Below are positions 16,860 through 27,018 of a stretch of DNA of 64,000 nucleotides, in pieces (the stretch's first letter is position 1; every line of letters starts with the position of its first letter). The DNA lies in the IMG/VR virus record IMGVR_UViG_3300031519_000013, positions 20,032 through 84,031 of that record; one strand, 5' to 3'. This DNA comes from a virus (Duplodnaviria > Caudoviricetes). A program made the translations under genes and the position numbers. A model generated the notes under the pieces. The model was not told the DNA's origin. It was given only the letters and a program-made list of their open reading frames with translations, and ran no database searches.

Positions 16860-18828
16860 TCTACCACCATCAGGAGGAACTGGTAATAAGATTGTCCCCG
16901 CCAAACTATTTGGCAAAGATAGATATGACAAAATTTACCAGGAACTTATCTCTGATGGTAGGATAGGAGGTGAGAATCTATCACCGGATGAAAGAAAAGA
17001 AGGTGTAAAAGCATACAGAAGAAGTAAGATAGACTTCGAGAAGTTTGTAACCAAAGTCAATAAAGTTAAAGTAGAAGTTTCTGCATCAAAATCAGCAACA
17101 CCACTCACTCCAAAATTAGCATTAGCTCCTGCTAAACAACAAGAGGTTGCACCTCCTCTTGACATGATTGAGGATGCAGATATTGATGGAATAGATCAGA
17201 AGTTAGATGATCTTCTTGATGAGATTCGCACTCAAACTGAGATTGAAGAGAAGCAAGGGGAGAGAGAACGAAAGGATAAGGAAAAGGAAAAGAGAAGTAA
17301 GAAAGAAAACAAACTTGAATCGGCAAAGAAATTCTTACTGACACCAATCACACGGGCCCTGGCACCTGTTAATGATCTTTTCAATAAGATTATTAGTGGA
17401 CTGTTTAAGATTCTTGCTGCAAAAGCACTGATCAAACTGATTGATTGGTTTACAGATCCAGAAAACAAAGAGAAGATCGATTCAATCGGTAGGTTTATTA
17501 AGGATTTCTGGCCTGCTATTGTTGCTGGATTTCTCTTATTTGGAACGGGTCTTGGTGGACTAGCAAAGTTTATTGTTGGCACAGGTCTTAACCTCTTAGT
17601 TGGTATTGCAAAAATGACCGCTAAGTTAGCTGTACTTGCAGGAAAATTAGCACTTAAAGGTGGAGCAGGTTTGTTAAGACTTGCAGCTGCAAATCCTCTT
17701 GCAACAGCAGCTGTTTTAACCACCGCTGCTGTTGCTGGCGGTGCATATATGGCATCACAGCAAAACAAGAATGAACGCGAAGAACAAAATAAAAAGGATG
17801 ATAAATCGGTAGTCACTCCAACAGAAACTAAAAACACTGGTCAAACACCTCCTTCATCACAATTACTTGACGAACAGATTCGCCAACGTGGGTTGAATAT
17901 GTTCTCTGGTGGTGGCATGGCACAAGGAACTGATGTTGTTCCTGCCATGTTGACACCGGGTGAATTTATTATGAGTAAGGGTGCAGTGCAGAAGTATGGA
18001 ACTGATACTCTTGAATCGATGAACGCTGCTGGTGGTGGAACAAATATACCTAGAAAGATGGGTGGCACAACATACGCTGCTGGTGGTGGTAAGATAGATG
18101 TAAAGGGAACTGGAAACTCTGTTGAAGGAACGTTGAAAATGACAGATGCTAGTGGTAAGCAAGTCGGTAAGACTTATGGTGTCATTAGTGGCACCTATGC
18201 TGGCATGAACATACCACAGAATGCCAGATCTACCACTCCACAAGCTCCTATTCCTGATGGTAGTTATAAATTAGTTGGATTTGAGAAGCATGGTCCTTAT
18301 CCTGGACTGGCTGGTATTGGTGATTGGAGTACATATATTGCAAACGGTAGTGGATCTATTGGTAGTCGTAGTGGATTAATGTTGCATAATGATATTGGAA
18401 GTAACGGAACTCTTGGTTGTATTGGTGTTGAACTTGGTGGTAAGGCAGGAACAAAGGCAGAACAGGAGTTCTTAAAAACATACGAAGCAATCAATCCACA
18501 GTCTATTAAGATTGCATTAGGTGGGGGTGGTGGTGATGCTTCTGAGATTGCATCTGTTGATAGAACTGCATCACCTGATAACTCATCTAGGTTAGCAGCA
18601 CTACAACCAGCACAATCAGGAGCTCCTAGGATATCTTCTGGTGCTATCACTCCACCATCTAGGGGTGGTAGAGCATCACCAGGATCTCAGAGTATCGTTC
18701 CCATTCCTACTGGTGGTCAAGGTCCTAAGAAAGGTGCCAGATCAGATGTACCAACTCTTGGTAGCATTGATCCATTAAACATTGGACATCTCATAATGAG
18801 AGCGATGTATAATCTGGGTGGTGCATGA
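16852..18828 (+). CDS. Tape-measure/hub-like tail protein with C-terminal YkuD/Tlde1-like domain
   Basis: Coiled coil, hydrophobic mid-region, DVVPAMLTPGEFIM; PIPDGSY...LMLHND...GTLGCI. Confidence 0.6.
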   Translation: MLSLPPSGGTGNKIVPAKLFGKDRYDKIYQELISDGRIGGENLSPDERKEGVKAYRRSKIDFEKFVTKVNKVKVEVSASKSATPLTPKLALAPAKQQEVAPPLDMIEDADIDGIDQKLDDLLDEIRTQTEIEEKQGERERKDKEKEKRSKKENKLESAKKFLLTPITRALAPVNDLFNKIISGLFKILAAKALIKLIDWFTDPENKEKIDSIGRFIKDFWPAIVAGFLLFGTGLGGLAKFIVGTGLNLLVGIAKMTAKLAVLAGKLALKGGAGLLRLAAANPLATAAVLTTAAVAGGAYMASQQNKNEREEQNKKDDKSVVTPTETKNTGQTPPSSQLLDEQIRQRGLNMFSGGGMAQGTDVVPAMLTPGEFIMSKGAVQKYGTDTLESMNAAGGGTNIPRKMGGTTYAAGGGKIDVKGTGNSVEGTLKMTDASGKQVGKTYGVISGTYAGMNIPQNARSTTPQAPIPDGSYKLVGFEKHGPYPGLAGIGDWSTYIANGSGSIGSRSGLMLHNDIGSNGTLGCIGVELGGKAGTKAEQEFLKTYEAINPQSIKIALGGGGGDASEIASVDRTASPDNSSRLAALQPAQSGAPRISSGAITPPSRGGRASPGSQSIVPIPTGGQGPKKGARSDVPTLGSIDPLNIGHLIMRAMYNLGGA

Positions 18829-21716
18829 TGGTAGGACTTATTGGAGGAGCATTAAACGCTAGCAGAATGTTGCCTAGTAGAAGTGGGAAGCAGAAAGGTG
18901 GTGCTCTGGTTCAATCTAAGCGTCCCAGTCTTAGTCAATTTTATGGTCAGGCAAAACAAAAGGCATCATTTGCTGCACCCACATTAGATAGAAGTAGTTT
19001 TTTCTCCGCACCAAAAATTGGTGATGTAAAGAAAGGAGCAACAAATGTAGAGAGTGCTGAGAATAAAATTAGTCTAATAACTAACTTCATTAGAAAGGGG
19101 AATCAGAAGAGGAGAGAATCTTTTAAATCATATCTAAACACAAAACAAGACGAAAAGAGAAAGGAAAAGGAAGAAAAGAAAGAAAACTTTGCCAAAGGAT
19201 TGGTAAAAGGAGTTGCATCAAGAGCACTCGCACCAGTTAAGAGTATCTTTGATAGGATTCTCGATGCTGTTGGTAAGATTGTTATTGCTAAAATTGGCAT
19301 GTGGGCAATTGATAATCCAAAAGCTTTCACGGCAATTATTAAAGGAATTGATGCTACCTTAACAGTCATTACAGATATCTTTATTGGAACTATTGATTTT
19401 CTTTCAACAATTATCTTCCATGGATATAAGTTAGTTGATGGATTTAATGACTGGTCAAAAGATAATCTGGGTGAAGAAGCAACAAATACCTTAACTGATA
19501 TTGGACCTAAAATTGCTGCTCTTTTGGGTGGTGTTCTGTTGCTTGGAAAAGCAATGGAGGGTCAAGCATTATCAGAACTCGGACGTAAAGATCCTGCTTC
19601 TAAACCTGGTGGTGGTGGTAAGGAGAGAACTCTCTCTGGTAGGACAAGGAGCACTGCTACTGTTAAACCTCAGAGATCTCCTGTTCAGCAAACAAGAATA
19701 GGGTCACCTGAAAGAAGACTTGCCAGAAATGTTCAAGTAAAACATGGTCATGCAGCAAGAGAGGTTTATGAAGAAGCATTTGATGAAGCTCGTGGAAAGG
19801 GAAAGAGTGCATTTGAAGCAAATAAAACTGCTAATACAAAAGTTGATAGACTCATAAGAAAGAATCCACAAATTTCAAAACCACAACTTGGATCTCTATC
19901 TGCGAGAGCAAATAGGATACGAGGTACAGTTGGTGGTCCTGGTGCTAGTAATCTTATTGGGTCTAAGGTATTTGGAAAAGGTGTTGATAGAGCAACTCAA
20001 AGATTCTTCTTAAAAATAATCGGTAAAGGTGGCGTAACAGCTGTTAAAAAAGTGATGGGTAAGATACCTATCATTGGTCCATTACTCGTCTTTGGTCTTA
20101 ACTGGGCATCTGGTGAATCAATTGCTCGCTCTGCTTCTATGGCAGTTGGTTCTGGATTGGGACAGATGCTTGGCACTTGGGCTGGTGGTGCTCTTGGTGC
20201 TCTTGGTGGACCTCTCGCACCAGTAACAATACCACTTGGTGGTTTTCTAGGAGCAATGTTAGGTGGAATTGGTGGAGAATTTTTAGGTGGACTTTTCTAT
20301 GATGCGATCAGTGGAAAACTGGGTGGTAGTCCGGGTGCGGTTGGTTCAGCCTTAGGTAAGATGGTTGGCGTATTGTTTACTCAACAAATTCCTGAGATGT
20401 TGAAGGGATTTACTGAATGGTTTAGTAGTACAATGAAATCTCTTGGAACGGGATTCTTGAATATTATTAATGCATCTGCTGAGTTCTTAGGATTGGACAA
20501 TCTTGCTGACGTATTTAAAAATACTGTCGGCAAAGCATTTAGTGCCATTGGTAATTTCTTTAAGATGATACAAGAAATTGGATTCCCACCATTAAATCCA
20601 ATTCAATTTGCTATGTGGGTTGCTGGCAATTTAGGAAAATTAAAGGATGGATTATTCAGTCTCTTCGGAGGCATGAAAGATTTTGCTGCGATGTTGGTTA
20701 ATCCAATTGGATTTATTTTCAAGAATGCAATCATGCCATTCTTTAAAAACCTTGGTGAGATGTGGGCAAATAGGGATAAATTATTTGATTTCTTAACGAG
20801 AGAAAATACTTTCTCAGAAGTAACGGGTACTATATCATCCTTGGGTGAAAGCGCATCATCATCATTAGCGGCAGGTGCTTCATCGGCAGTAAGTGCAACT
20901 ACTGGTGCTACGACAACCACGGGAGATCCTGGTGGAGCGGTTTCTGCAACTGTTGCTGGTAGTGAGATGGATTTATTCAAACGACTTGTTCTTGCAGAAT
21001 CAGGTGGTGAAGGTGAACTGGGTATGGCATTAGTAGCACGTAGTGTGATGAATCGTGCCGGACTTATTCAATCTGGTAAGGTTGGTCCTGGAATGTTCAT
21101 GGCAAATGATAAGAGCATAACTGGTGTTATCATGGGTAGAGGTCAGTATCAACCAGTTTCTGATGGATCAATTAATACTCAGAGAAGTGATGCACAAATG
21201 GCAAAGGCAGCTGCGGCCATTGAACTCGCTAAGAATGTGAATCAATTAAGAACAAAACTTAAAGCTTCTGGCATGTCAGAAGGTGATATCAATAAACTTA
21301 TAGCATCGACTGGTTTTAGAACCGGTGCTGCATTTAATGATCCATCTCAAAACGTCAACGTTGTTAAGTTTAAGAGTCATTACTTTAACACTGCTGGTAA
21401 TGCAGGACTCAAAGCAACTAGTGCTAGAATAAGCACAGAAGATAATGCACAACAGGCACAGATTCCTACCAACCCAACACCATCATCTCCATCAGCTGCT
21501 GCTGTCTCGACTCTGAGCAGAGGAAGTGGTGGTAGTGGTGCGGGAGGACCTTCTGGTGGTAGAAGGGCACAGGTAGGTGATCAAGCAATCATTCCTGTAC
21601 CCATACCATCTCAGCAGGGAGCACCCTCTGGTGGTGGTTCTAGTAATGGTGGATCTACTTCGTTAAATAGTCTTTATATGGCTCAACTGTTTGGGTTCTT
21701 ATATAAACAAGGATAA
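18825..21716 (+). CDS. gp29-like tape measure/hub protein with SleB-like cell wall hydrolase domain
   Basis: GKIPIIGPLL and Gly-rich amphipathic repeats; LVLAESGGEGELGMALVARSVMNR...GQYQPV. Confidence 0.7.
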   Translation: MMVGLIGGALNASRMLPSRSGKQKGGALVQSKRPSLSQFYGQAKQKASFAAPTLDRSSFFSAPKIGDVKKGATNVESAENKISLITNFIRKGNQKRRESFKSYLNTKQDEKRKEKEEKKENFAKGLVKGVASRALAPVKSIFDRILDAVGKIVIAKIGMWAIDNPKAFTAIIKGIDATLTVITDIFIGTIDFLSTIIFHGYKLVDGFNDWSKDNLGEEATNTLTDIGPKIAALLGGVLLLGKAMEGQALSELGRKDPASKPGGGGKERTLSGRTRSTATVKPQRSPVQQTRIGSPERRLARNVQVKHGHAAREVYEEAFDEARGKGKSAFEANKTANTKVDRLIRKNPQISKPQLGSLSARANRIRGTVGGPGASNLIGSKVFGKGVDRATQRFFLKIIGKGGVTAVKKVMGKIPIIGPLLVFGLNWASGESIARSASMAVGSGLGQMLGTWAGGALGALGGPLAPVTIPLGGFLGAMLGGIGGEFLGGLFYDAISGKLGGSPGAVGSALGKMVGVLFTQQIPEMLKGFTEWFSSTMKSLGTGFLNIINASAEFLGLDNLADVFKNTVGKAFSAIGNFFKMIQEIGFPPLNPIQFAMWVAGNLGKLKDGLFSLFGGMKDFAAMLVNPIGFIFKNAIMPFFKNLGEMWANRDKLFDFLTRENTFSEVTGTISSLGESASSSLAAGASSAVSATTGATTTTGDPGGAVSATVAGSEMDLFKRLVLAESGGEGELGMALVARSVMNRAGLIQSGKVGPGMFMANDKSITGVIMGRGQYQPVSDGSINTQRSDAQMAKAAAAIELAKNVNQLRTKLKASGMSEGDINKLIASTGFRTGAAFNDPSQNVNVVKFKSHYFNTAGNAGLKATSARISTEDNAQQAQIPTNPTPSSPSAAAVSTLSRGSGGSGAGGPSGGRRAQVGDQAIIPVPIPSQQGAPSGGGSSNGGSTSLNSLYMAQLFGFLYKQG

Positions 21717-23005
21717 TGGCAGACGAAAAGGCAAACATAAAATCATTTGTCATCCAAGCAGCAAAGGATGAGGGGAGAGGTATAGATGTAAAGAATGGTC
21801 TTACATCATTCTCATTCTATGAGAATATTTTGTCTAATAATATTACTGCTCAGGTAAAAGTATTTGATAGTGGCAATAGTATAAAAGATGACAGTGGAAA
21901 TCTTGTTAGTATCGTAGAAGGATTGCCCATTCGTGGAGGTGAAGAGATAAGATTTGATATTGAGGATGAGAGTAAGAACAAGTTAAAGTATGAGTTATAC
22001 CTGAACAAGATGATGAATCTTGATCAGTCTACGACTCAGGATAATTTTGAGATCCATTGTGTATCGAAGGAATGCTACTCAAATGAGATGACGAGAGTCA
22101 CAAAAAGATATGAAGGAAAGATCTCTGAAAGTGTGACAACAATTCTTACAGAACGTTTGAAAGCAGAATTCAAACCAGAGAATATTGAGGAGACATCTAA
22201 TACTTACAATTTTATTGGTAATGATCGTAAACCATTTTATGTTTGTACGTGGTTAGGAACAAAAGGTGTTCCGACAGAGAACTATGGAAAGACTGGTGGA
22301 TACTTCTTCTATCAAACTCAGGATGGGATGAATTTTAAATCCGTTGATAATCTTCTGGGTCAAGATGCAAAGAAAAAGTATGTTTATAATGAATCTGATA
22401 CAGTACCAAATGGGTACGATAGGAAGATCTTAAATTATGATTTGAAACGTTCAGTTGATTTGCAGTCCAACCTAATGTTAGGTACATATAAAAATAGAAC
22501 TCTTTACTGGGATCCATATCAATTTAAATATGAAGCCAAGACTTTTGATATCACAGAACAAAAAGATGTCAAACATGCTGGATCGTCTGATGATTTTGAC
22601 TTTGTTAATCCAGTTTTTACGGAAACGCCTACACGACTGATGACATCTATCCTAGATGTTGGTACAATGCCTAGTGGTAAAGATGCAAAAGATCAACTGA
22701 AAAGATTCATCGATAAAACAGATGAATCTAACGATAAAGTTATGGATCGCATGGTTCAGTCTGTCATGCGCTATAATCAATTGTACTCTGTTGTTACATC
22801 TATAACTATACCAGGAGATTTCAGCTTACGAGCTGGTGATATGATCCAATGTGATTTCCCCAGAGTTTCTGAGGACACCAAGGATGTTGATAAAAAATTG
22901 AGTGGTAAATACTTAATAGCAAGTTTATGCCACTTTGTATCTCCAAAGGAGTGTTACACACAATTAGGACTGATCAGAGACTCATACGGGAGGAAAACAA
23001 GTTAA
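21716..23005 (+). CDS. Baseplate hub protein (gp27-like)
   Basis: SFYENI, PIRGGEEI, YFFYQTQDGMNFKSVD, ITIPGDFSLRAGDMI, SGKYLIASLCH. Confidence 0.6.
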   Translation: MADEKANIKSFVIQAAKDEGRGIDVKNGLTSFSFYENILSNNITAQVKVFDSGNSIKDDSGNLVSIVEGLPIRGGEEIRFDIEDESKNKLKYELYLNKMMNLDQSTTQDNFEIHCVSKECYSNEMTRVTKRYEGKISESVTTILTERLKAEFKPENIEETSNTYNFIGNDRKPFYVCTWLGTKGVPTENYGKTGGYFFYQTQDGMNFKSVDNLLGQDAKKKYVYNESDTVPNGYDRKILNYDLKRSVDLQSNLMLGTYKNRTLYWDPYQFKYEAKTFDITEQKDVKHAGSSDDFDFVNPVFTETPTRLMTSILDVGTMPSGKDAKDQLKRFIDKTDESNDKVMDRMVQSVMRYNQLYSVVTSITIPGDFSLRAGDMIQCDFPRVSEDTKDVDKKLSGKYLIASLCHFVSPKECYTQLGLIRDSYGRKTS

Positions 23006-23232
23006 TGGAAAACATCGAAACACACATCGCTAAGGACAAAGAAATCCTTGACAATCCTTTGATTTCTCCAAATCAACGGAGGCATATTGAAGGTGAACTA
23101 CATGAACTAGAAGTTTATGCTAAAAATCATCGGGAAGAAATTGAAGCAGGAGATCATCATGATCCCACAGCATTAGAACTCTTCTGTGAGATGGAACCAG
23201 AAGCAGATGAATGTAGAATTTACGACGACTAA
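23005..23232 (+). CDS. cp12: Calvin cycle inhibitor CP12
   Basis: DPTALELFCEMEPEADECRIYDD C-terminal signature. Confidence 0.93.
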   Translation: MENIETHIAKDKEILDNPLISPNQRRHIEGELHELEVYAKNHREEIEAGDHHDPTALELFCEMEPEADECRIYDD

Positions 23233-25733
23233 TGTTAGAACAAGGACTTCTAAAAAAGAATTTTGTAGGAAGAGACGGGTTCTTCTGGTGGATTGGACAG
23301 GTAGTTGATTCCAAGAAATGGAAAGACAACTCACCTGGTTTCCCATCGAAAGATCTTCCTGGCATGAAACGCCGGGTGAAGGTTCGCATTATGGGATACC
23401 ATACTGCACAAGTAAAAGAACTTACGGATGATGATCTACCATGGGCATACTGTATGATGCCTGTCACTGCTGGTGGAAACCAGGGTGGCATGTCTCAGAG
23501 TGTGAACTTCTCTGGTGGAGAATGGGTCTTCGGTTTCTTCCTTGATGGTGAAGATGGACAACAACCTGTTGTCATGGGAGTCCTTGATAAGTCAAGTCAA
23601 GTCACATTCCCCAAAGAAATACCTGACGTTGGATTCACACCATTCAGTGGATTTACTAATGGTCTGGTAGAATCACAACACAATATCAAAGAAGATGGAG
23701 CACCATCTGAATCTGATACTTCTCAACCATCTGTTCCTGCTGGTAGTAGTGGAACAAAAGTTAAAAAAACTCTTGCAACTGAGGGAGCACAATTAGAATC
23801 AGTTAGACAAGACATTCCTGATCATGGAACAAAAGCAGCACATGAGAACGCAAAGAATACTGGTGAAGTAAAACCAGCACAGGGATGTGCTGATGATAAT
23901 CCACAAGCTGGAATTAAACTTGCTTTGACTCGCCTTCAAAAACAGATGGCGTTTATTGAGGAGCAACAAGGGATCTTCCTTGATCCATTGTCACAGAAGT
24001 TGGGTGACATTCAGGGTGAGATGGAAAGAGCAACTCAGAATGTGAATGGATATGTGAAAGACATCATGGCCAAGGTTCGTGCTGTTGCTCTTACAGAAAC
24101 TGCCAGAGAGATGGCAAGGGTATCAATCAATTTACCGATTGATGCAATGGGAGGATTCAAAGACCAACTTGATGAAGCACTAGAAGGTCTTGGTTGTCTC
24201 TTTGAAAATGTTATTGGTGGACTGAACAATACTCTCAATGGTCTACTACAAGACATGATGGGTAAAGTGACTGGGGTTCTTGATTGTATCGTTAACGATG
24301 TGATTGGTGGTATGTTGGATTCTGCCTTGGGTGCAGTCAACGGTATCATGAATTCTATCACTGGTATCTTTGATAGTCTTGCTGGTGGTCTTGGTGATGG
24401 ACTTGGTGGATTGATTGGTGCCATTCAAATTCCTCTGATTGCAGCAGTAGATTTTATCTCATCGCTCAAAAGTCTCTTCTCATGTCAGTCTGATACTGAA
24501 TGTGGAGAAATCGCTCAGGCAAACATGTTGAGTGGTAATGCATCAGAAGGACCTGGTGATTTCTTAGGTCTCATCAGTTCTGCCATGGGTGGTGGTGGAG
24601 TAGTTCCAGAACCTGTTGGTTCTGTTCTTAATGCGGCAGAGGGTATCAGAGATTCTGTTACTGGTGTTGCTGATGCAGCATCAGGTCTCGTTAATAATGT
24701 AGAGTCTGCTATTGATACAGTTGGCAATACGCTTCAAACTGTTGCTGGTATTCCTGGTGAGGCACTTGAAGGACTCAAAGCATGTAATCCATTCGCGGAT
24801 GAATGTACACCACCTCTCGCAGTAATTTTTGGTGGTGGAACAGTTGCTGCAACTGCCAATACTATTATCAATCAATCGGGAAGAATCCTTGGCGTTGATT
24901 TGAATGGTAGTGAGGTATTGAATCGTGTTTATAATTCTGTACCATCTATTAATATCAAGAGCAACTGTGGTCAAGGTGGTGGTGCCAGCGGCAAAGTTAG
25001 ATTAAATTCTGATGGATCTATTAGTAAAGTGATTATTGTTAAGTCAGGAGTCAATTTCCCACCAGCTCCGGATGGATCTGTTGGTGGAAATGGTGGAATA
25101 TTTTGTGCTGGCGATAATTGTATTATCAGAACTCCTGATGGAGACAACCAATCATTTGTACCTGGTAGAGATGTCACCACTATTCCTGGTTCTTTGATTT
25201 ATATTCCCAAAGGAAGCAGTATTGTTTTCCCTGACGGAACACTTGATGAAGAAGGGAATGATGCTAGTGGACTACAACCAGGCAGGGGATTGACTGTTCC
25301 CAATGGATTTGATGTTCCCGTGGAATTTTCTTTCAGAACACCGACACCAGAACTTGATGATGACATTGATGCGGATCTTGCATACCCAGTGATTATGGAA
25401 CTAGATGAGATTGATCTTACAAGAAGTGGAATCTCTTACAACAATGGTGATACAATTACTGTCAGTGGTGATGGAAATGAGTTGACATACAACCCAATTC
25501 TTTCTGTAAATGGATCAATTATTGGTGTTCAGATTCCAGATGGAGATAGGGGTCAAGGATTTACTTCTATTCCTGATGTCACTATAAATACATCTACCGG
25601 TGCCGGTGCTCAGCTGACACCAATTCTTCGTGTTAAGTACAGGGGAAGAGATAGTATTAACGAAGTGATTGATTCTGTCACCCAAGATCAAATTATTAGT
25701 GTCGTTGATTGCGTAGGAAAATTTAATGTCTGA
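23232..25733 (+). CDS. gp5: Baseplate hub / spike gp5-like protein
   Basis: N-terminal OB domain WWIGQV, RVKVRIMGYH, LPWA, GEWVFGFFLDG; no T4-lysozyme motif seen. Confidence 0.85.
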   Translation: MLEQGLLKKNFVGRDGFFWWIGQVVDSKKWKDNSPGFPSKDLPGMKRRVKVRIMGYHTAQVKELTDDDLPWAYCMMPVTAGGNQGGMSQSVNFSGGEWVFGFFLDGEDGQQPVVMGVLDKSSQVTFPKEIPDVGFTPFSGFTNGLVESQHNIKEDGAPSESDTSQPSVPAGSSGTKVKKTLATEGAQLESVRQDIPDHGTKAAHENAKNTGEVKPAQGCADDNPQAGIKLALTRLQKQMAFIEEQQGIFLDPLSQKLGDIQGEMERATQNVNGYVKDIMAKVRAVALTETAREMARVSINLPIDAMGGFKDQLDEALEGLGCLFENVIGGLNNTLNGLLQDMMGKVTGVLDCIVNDVIGGMLDSALGAVNGIMNSITGIFDSLAGGLGDGLGGLIGAIQIPLIAAVDFISSLKSLFSCQSDTECGEIAQANMLSGNASEGPGDFLGLISSAMGGGGVVPEPVGSVLNAAEGIRDSVTGVADAASGLVNNVESAIDTVGNTLQTVAGIPGEALEGLKACNPFADECTPPLAVIFGGGTVAATANTIINQSGRILGVDLNGSEVLNRVYNSVPSINIKSNCGQGGGASGKVRLNSDGSISKVIIVKSGVNFPPAPDGSVGGNGGIFCAGDNCIIRTPDGDNQSFVPGRDVTTIPGSLIYIPKGSSIVFPDGTLDEEGNDASGLQPGRGLTVPNGFDVPVEFSFRTPTPELDDDIDADLAYPVIMELDEIDLTRSGISYNNGDTITVSGDGNELTYNPILSVNGSIIGVQIPDGDRGQGFTSIPDVTINTSTGAGAQLTPILRVKYRGRDSINEVIDSVTQDQIISVVDCVGKFNV

Positions 25734-26304
25734 ACCATCTAATCATTTTACTAGTTGGATTGAAAACAATTATGGACAAATTGAATTTGGACGTTTAGAT
25801 CCTGATGAAGTTCGTTCTGCTGTCTATCTTGGAAACAAACAAGATGTAAGACATAGATTGTACATGGATATTGATCGTGATATGGGTAGTGGAACTCATA
25901 GTGTCACGACACTTGAATCTCCTGGTGGTATTGTGATAAAATGTGGACAGGATCGTAAAAGACCTGACGTTACATTTAACATTCAAGTTGAGAATGGAAA
26001 ACTAGCACTCACTTGTCAAACTGGTGACGTTTTAATCCAAGGAAAGAACGTTGTTATTGAGGCAAAGGGAGATGGGGGTAATGATGGCAACATTACTTTG
26101 AAGGCTAATTCAAAGATTGATATGCAAAGTCCCAAGATTGAGATCAACGGTTCACAGAAGGTTGAAGTAAAGAGTGAAGAAAAGATTGATATGCAATCAC
26201 AAGGAACCCTGCAAATGTATGGCACCCAAGGTTCTTGTCAATCTGCTTCATCTAGATTTGGTAAACGCGGTACATCACAAGAAGCACCAATTACAGGAGA
26301 CTGA
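25726..26304 (+). CDS. gp5 C-terminal beta-helix-like protein
   Basis: Periodic short beta strands (VLIQGKNVVIEA, ITLKANSKIDMQSPKIEINGS). Confidence 0.55.
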   Translation: MSEPSNHFTSWIENNYGQIEFGRLDPDEVRSAVYLGNKQDVRHRLYMDIDRDMGSGTHSVTTLESPGGIVIKCGQDRKRPDVTFNIQVENGKLALTCQTGDVLIQGKNVVIEAKGDGGNDGNITLKANSKIDMQSPKIEINGSQKVEVKSEEKIDMQSQGTLQMYGTQGSCQSASSRFGKRGTSQEAPITGD

Positions 26305-26306
26305 TT

Positions 26307-27008
26307 ATGGCATGGACAGATGATGATCATCAAACACACAAACAGATGATCGTTGGAGGAAAAACTTCCTCTTGTGTTGGTAAATCTGATAGCGAAAAGA
26401 TCTTAGGTTCTCAGTATGTTGAGAACGGTATGCATGTGGGAGCACCTGATAAGTTTGGTCTCATGGAAGGAACCGTGATGATTAACAAAAGTTCTGAGCA
26501 ACAGGGCCCGTTTGCCTTAGAAGTTCAGGATGATGAGCATATTCGTGACAACCTTTGGGTTGAGCAGGAGACCAAAACAAAGACTCTTGTTGCTGATAAG
26601 ATTGATGTAAGAAAAGCATTCATTACAACGATCAATAAAGGTAGTTGTAATTTTGTGATCGATCATCGTAGGATATCTGGTTACAAACTTCGTTATACCT
26701 GTATTGAGGGTCCTACCAAGGATGTTTTTGTACGTGGTAAACTAAAAAACGGTGATACTATCACTCTCCCAGAAGAATGGGAGTGGTTGGTGCATCAAGA
26801 TACAATCACAGTGAATCTGACTCCAATTGGAGCTCCTCAGATTTTATTTGTGAGAGGGCAGCAGGGAACAACTATTAAAGTTGGATCACACTCTGCTCTT
26901 CCAATTAACTGCTACTATACAGTCTACGGTGAGAGGGCAGATACTCCTAGGGAACCTAACGTTTTCCCTGCCGAAGATCTTTTAACTGATAAATTTGTTG
27001 GACAATAG
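26307..27008 (+). CDS. Spike/tail-associated protein, paralog A
   Basis: LRYTCIEGP, VFVRGK, ITLPEEW, ITVNLTPIG. Confidence 0.65.
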   Translation: MAWTDDDHQTHKQMIVGGKTSSCVGKSDSEKILGSQYVENGMHVGAPDKFGLMEGTVMINKSSEQQGPFALEVQDDEHIRDNLWVEQETKTKTLVADKIDVRKAFITTINKGSCNFVIDHRRISGYKLRYTCIEGPTKDVFVRGKLKNGDTITLPEEWEWLVHQDTITVNLTPIGAPQILFVRGQQGTTIKVGSHSALPINCYYTVYGERADTPREPNVFPAEDLLTDKFVGQ

Positions 27009-27018
27009 GAGGTAAATT

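Noticed and set aside
17232-24974. Long minus-strand ORFs opposite tape-measure and gp5 genes
   Set aside because: Fully overlap well-supported plus-strand genes; no motifs or expression signals
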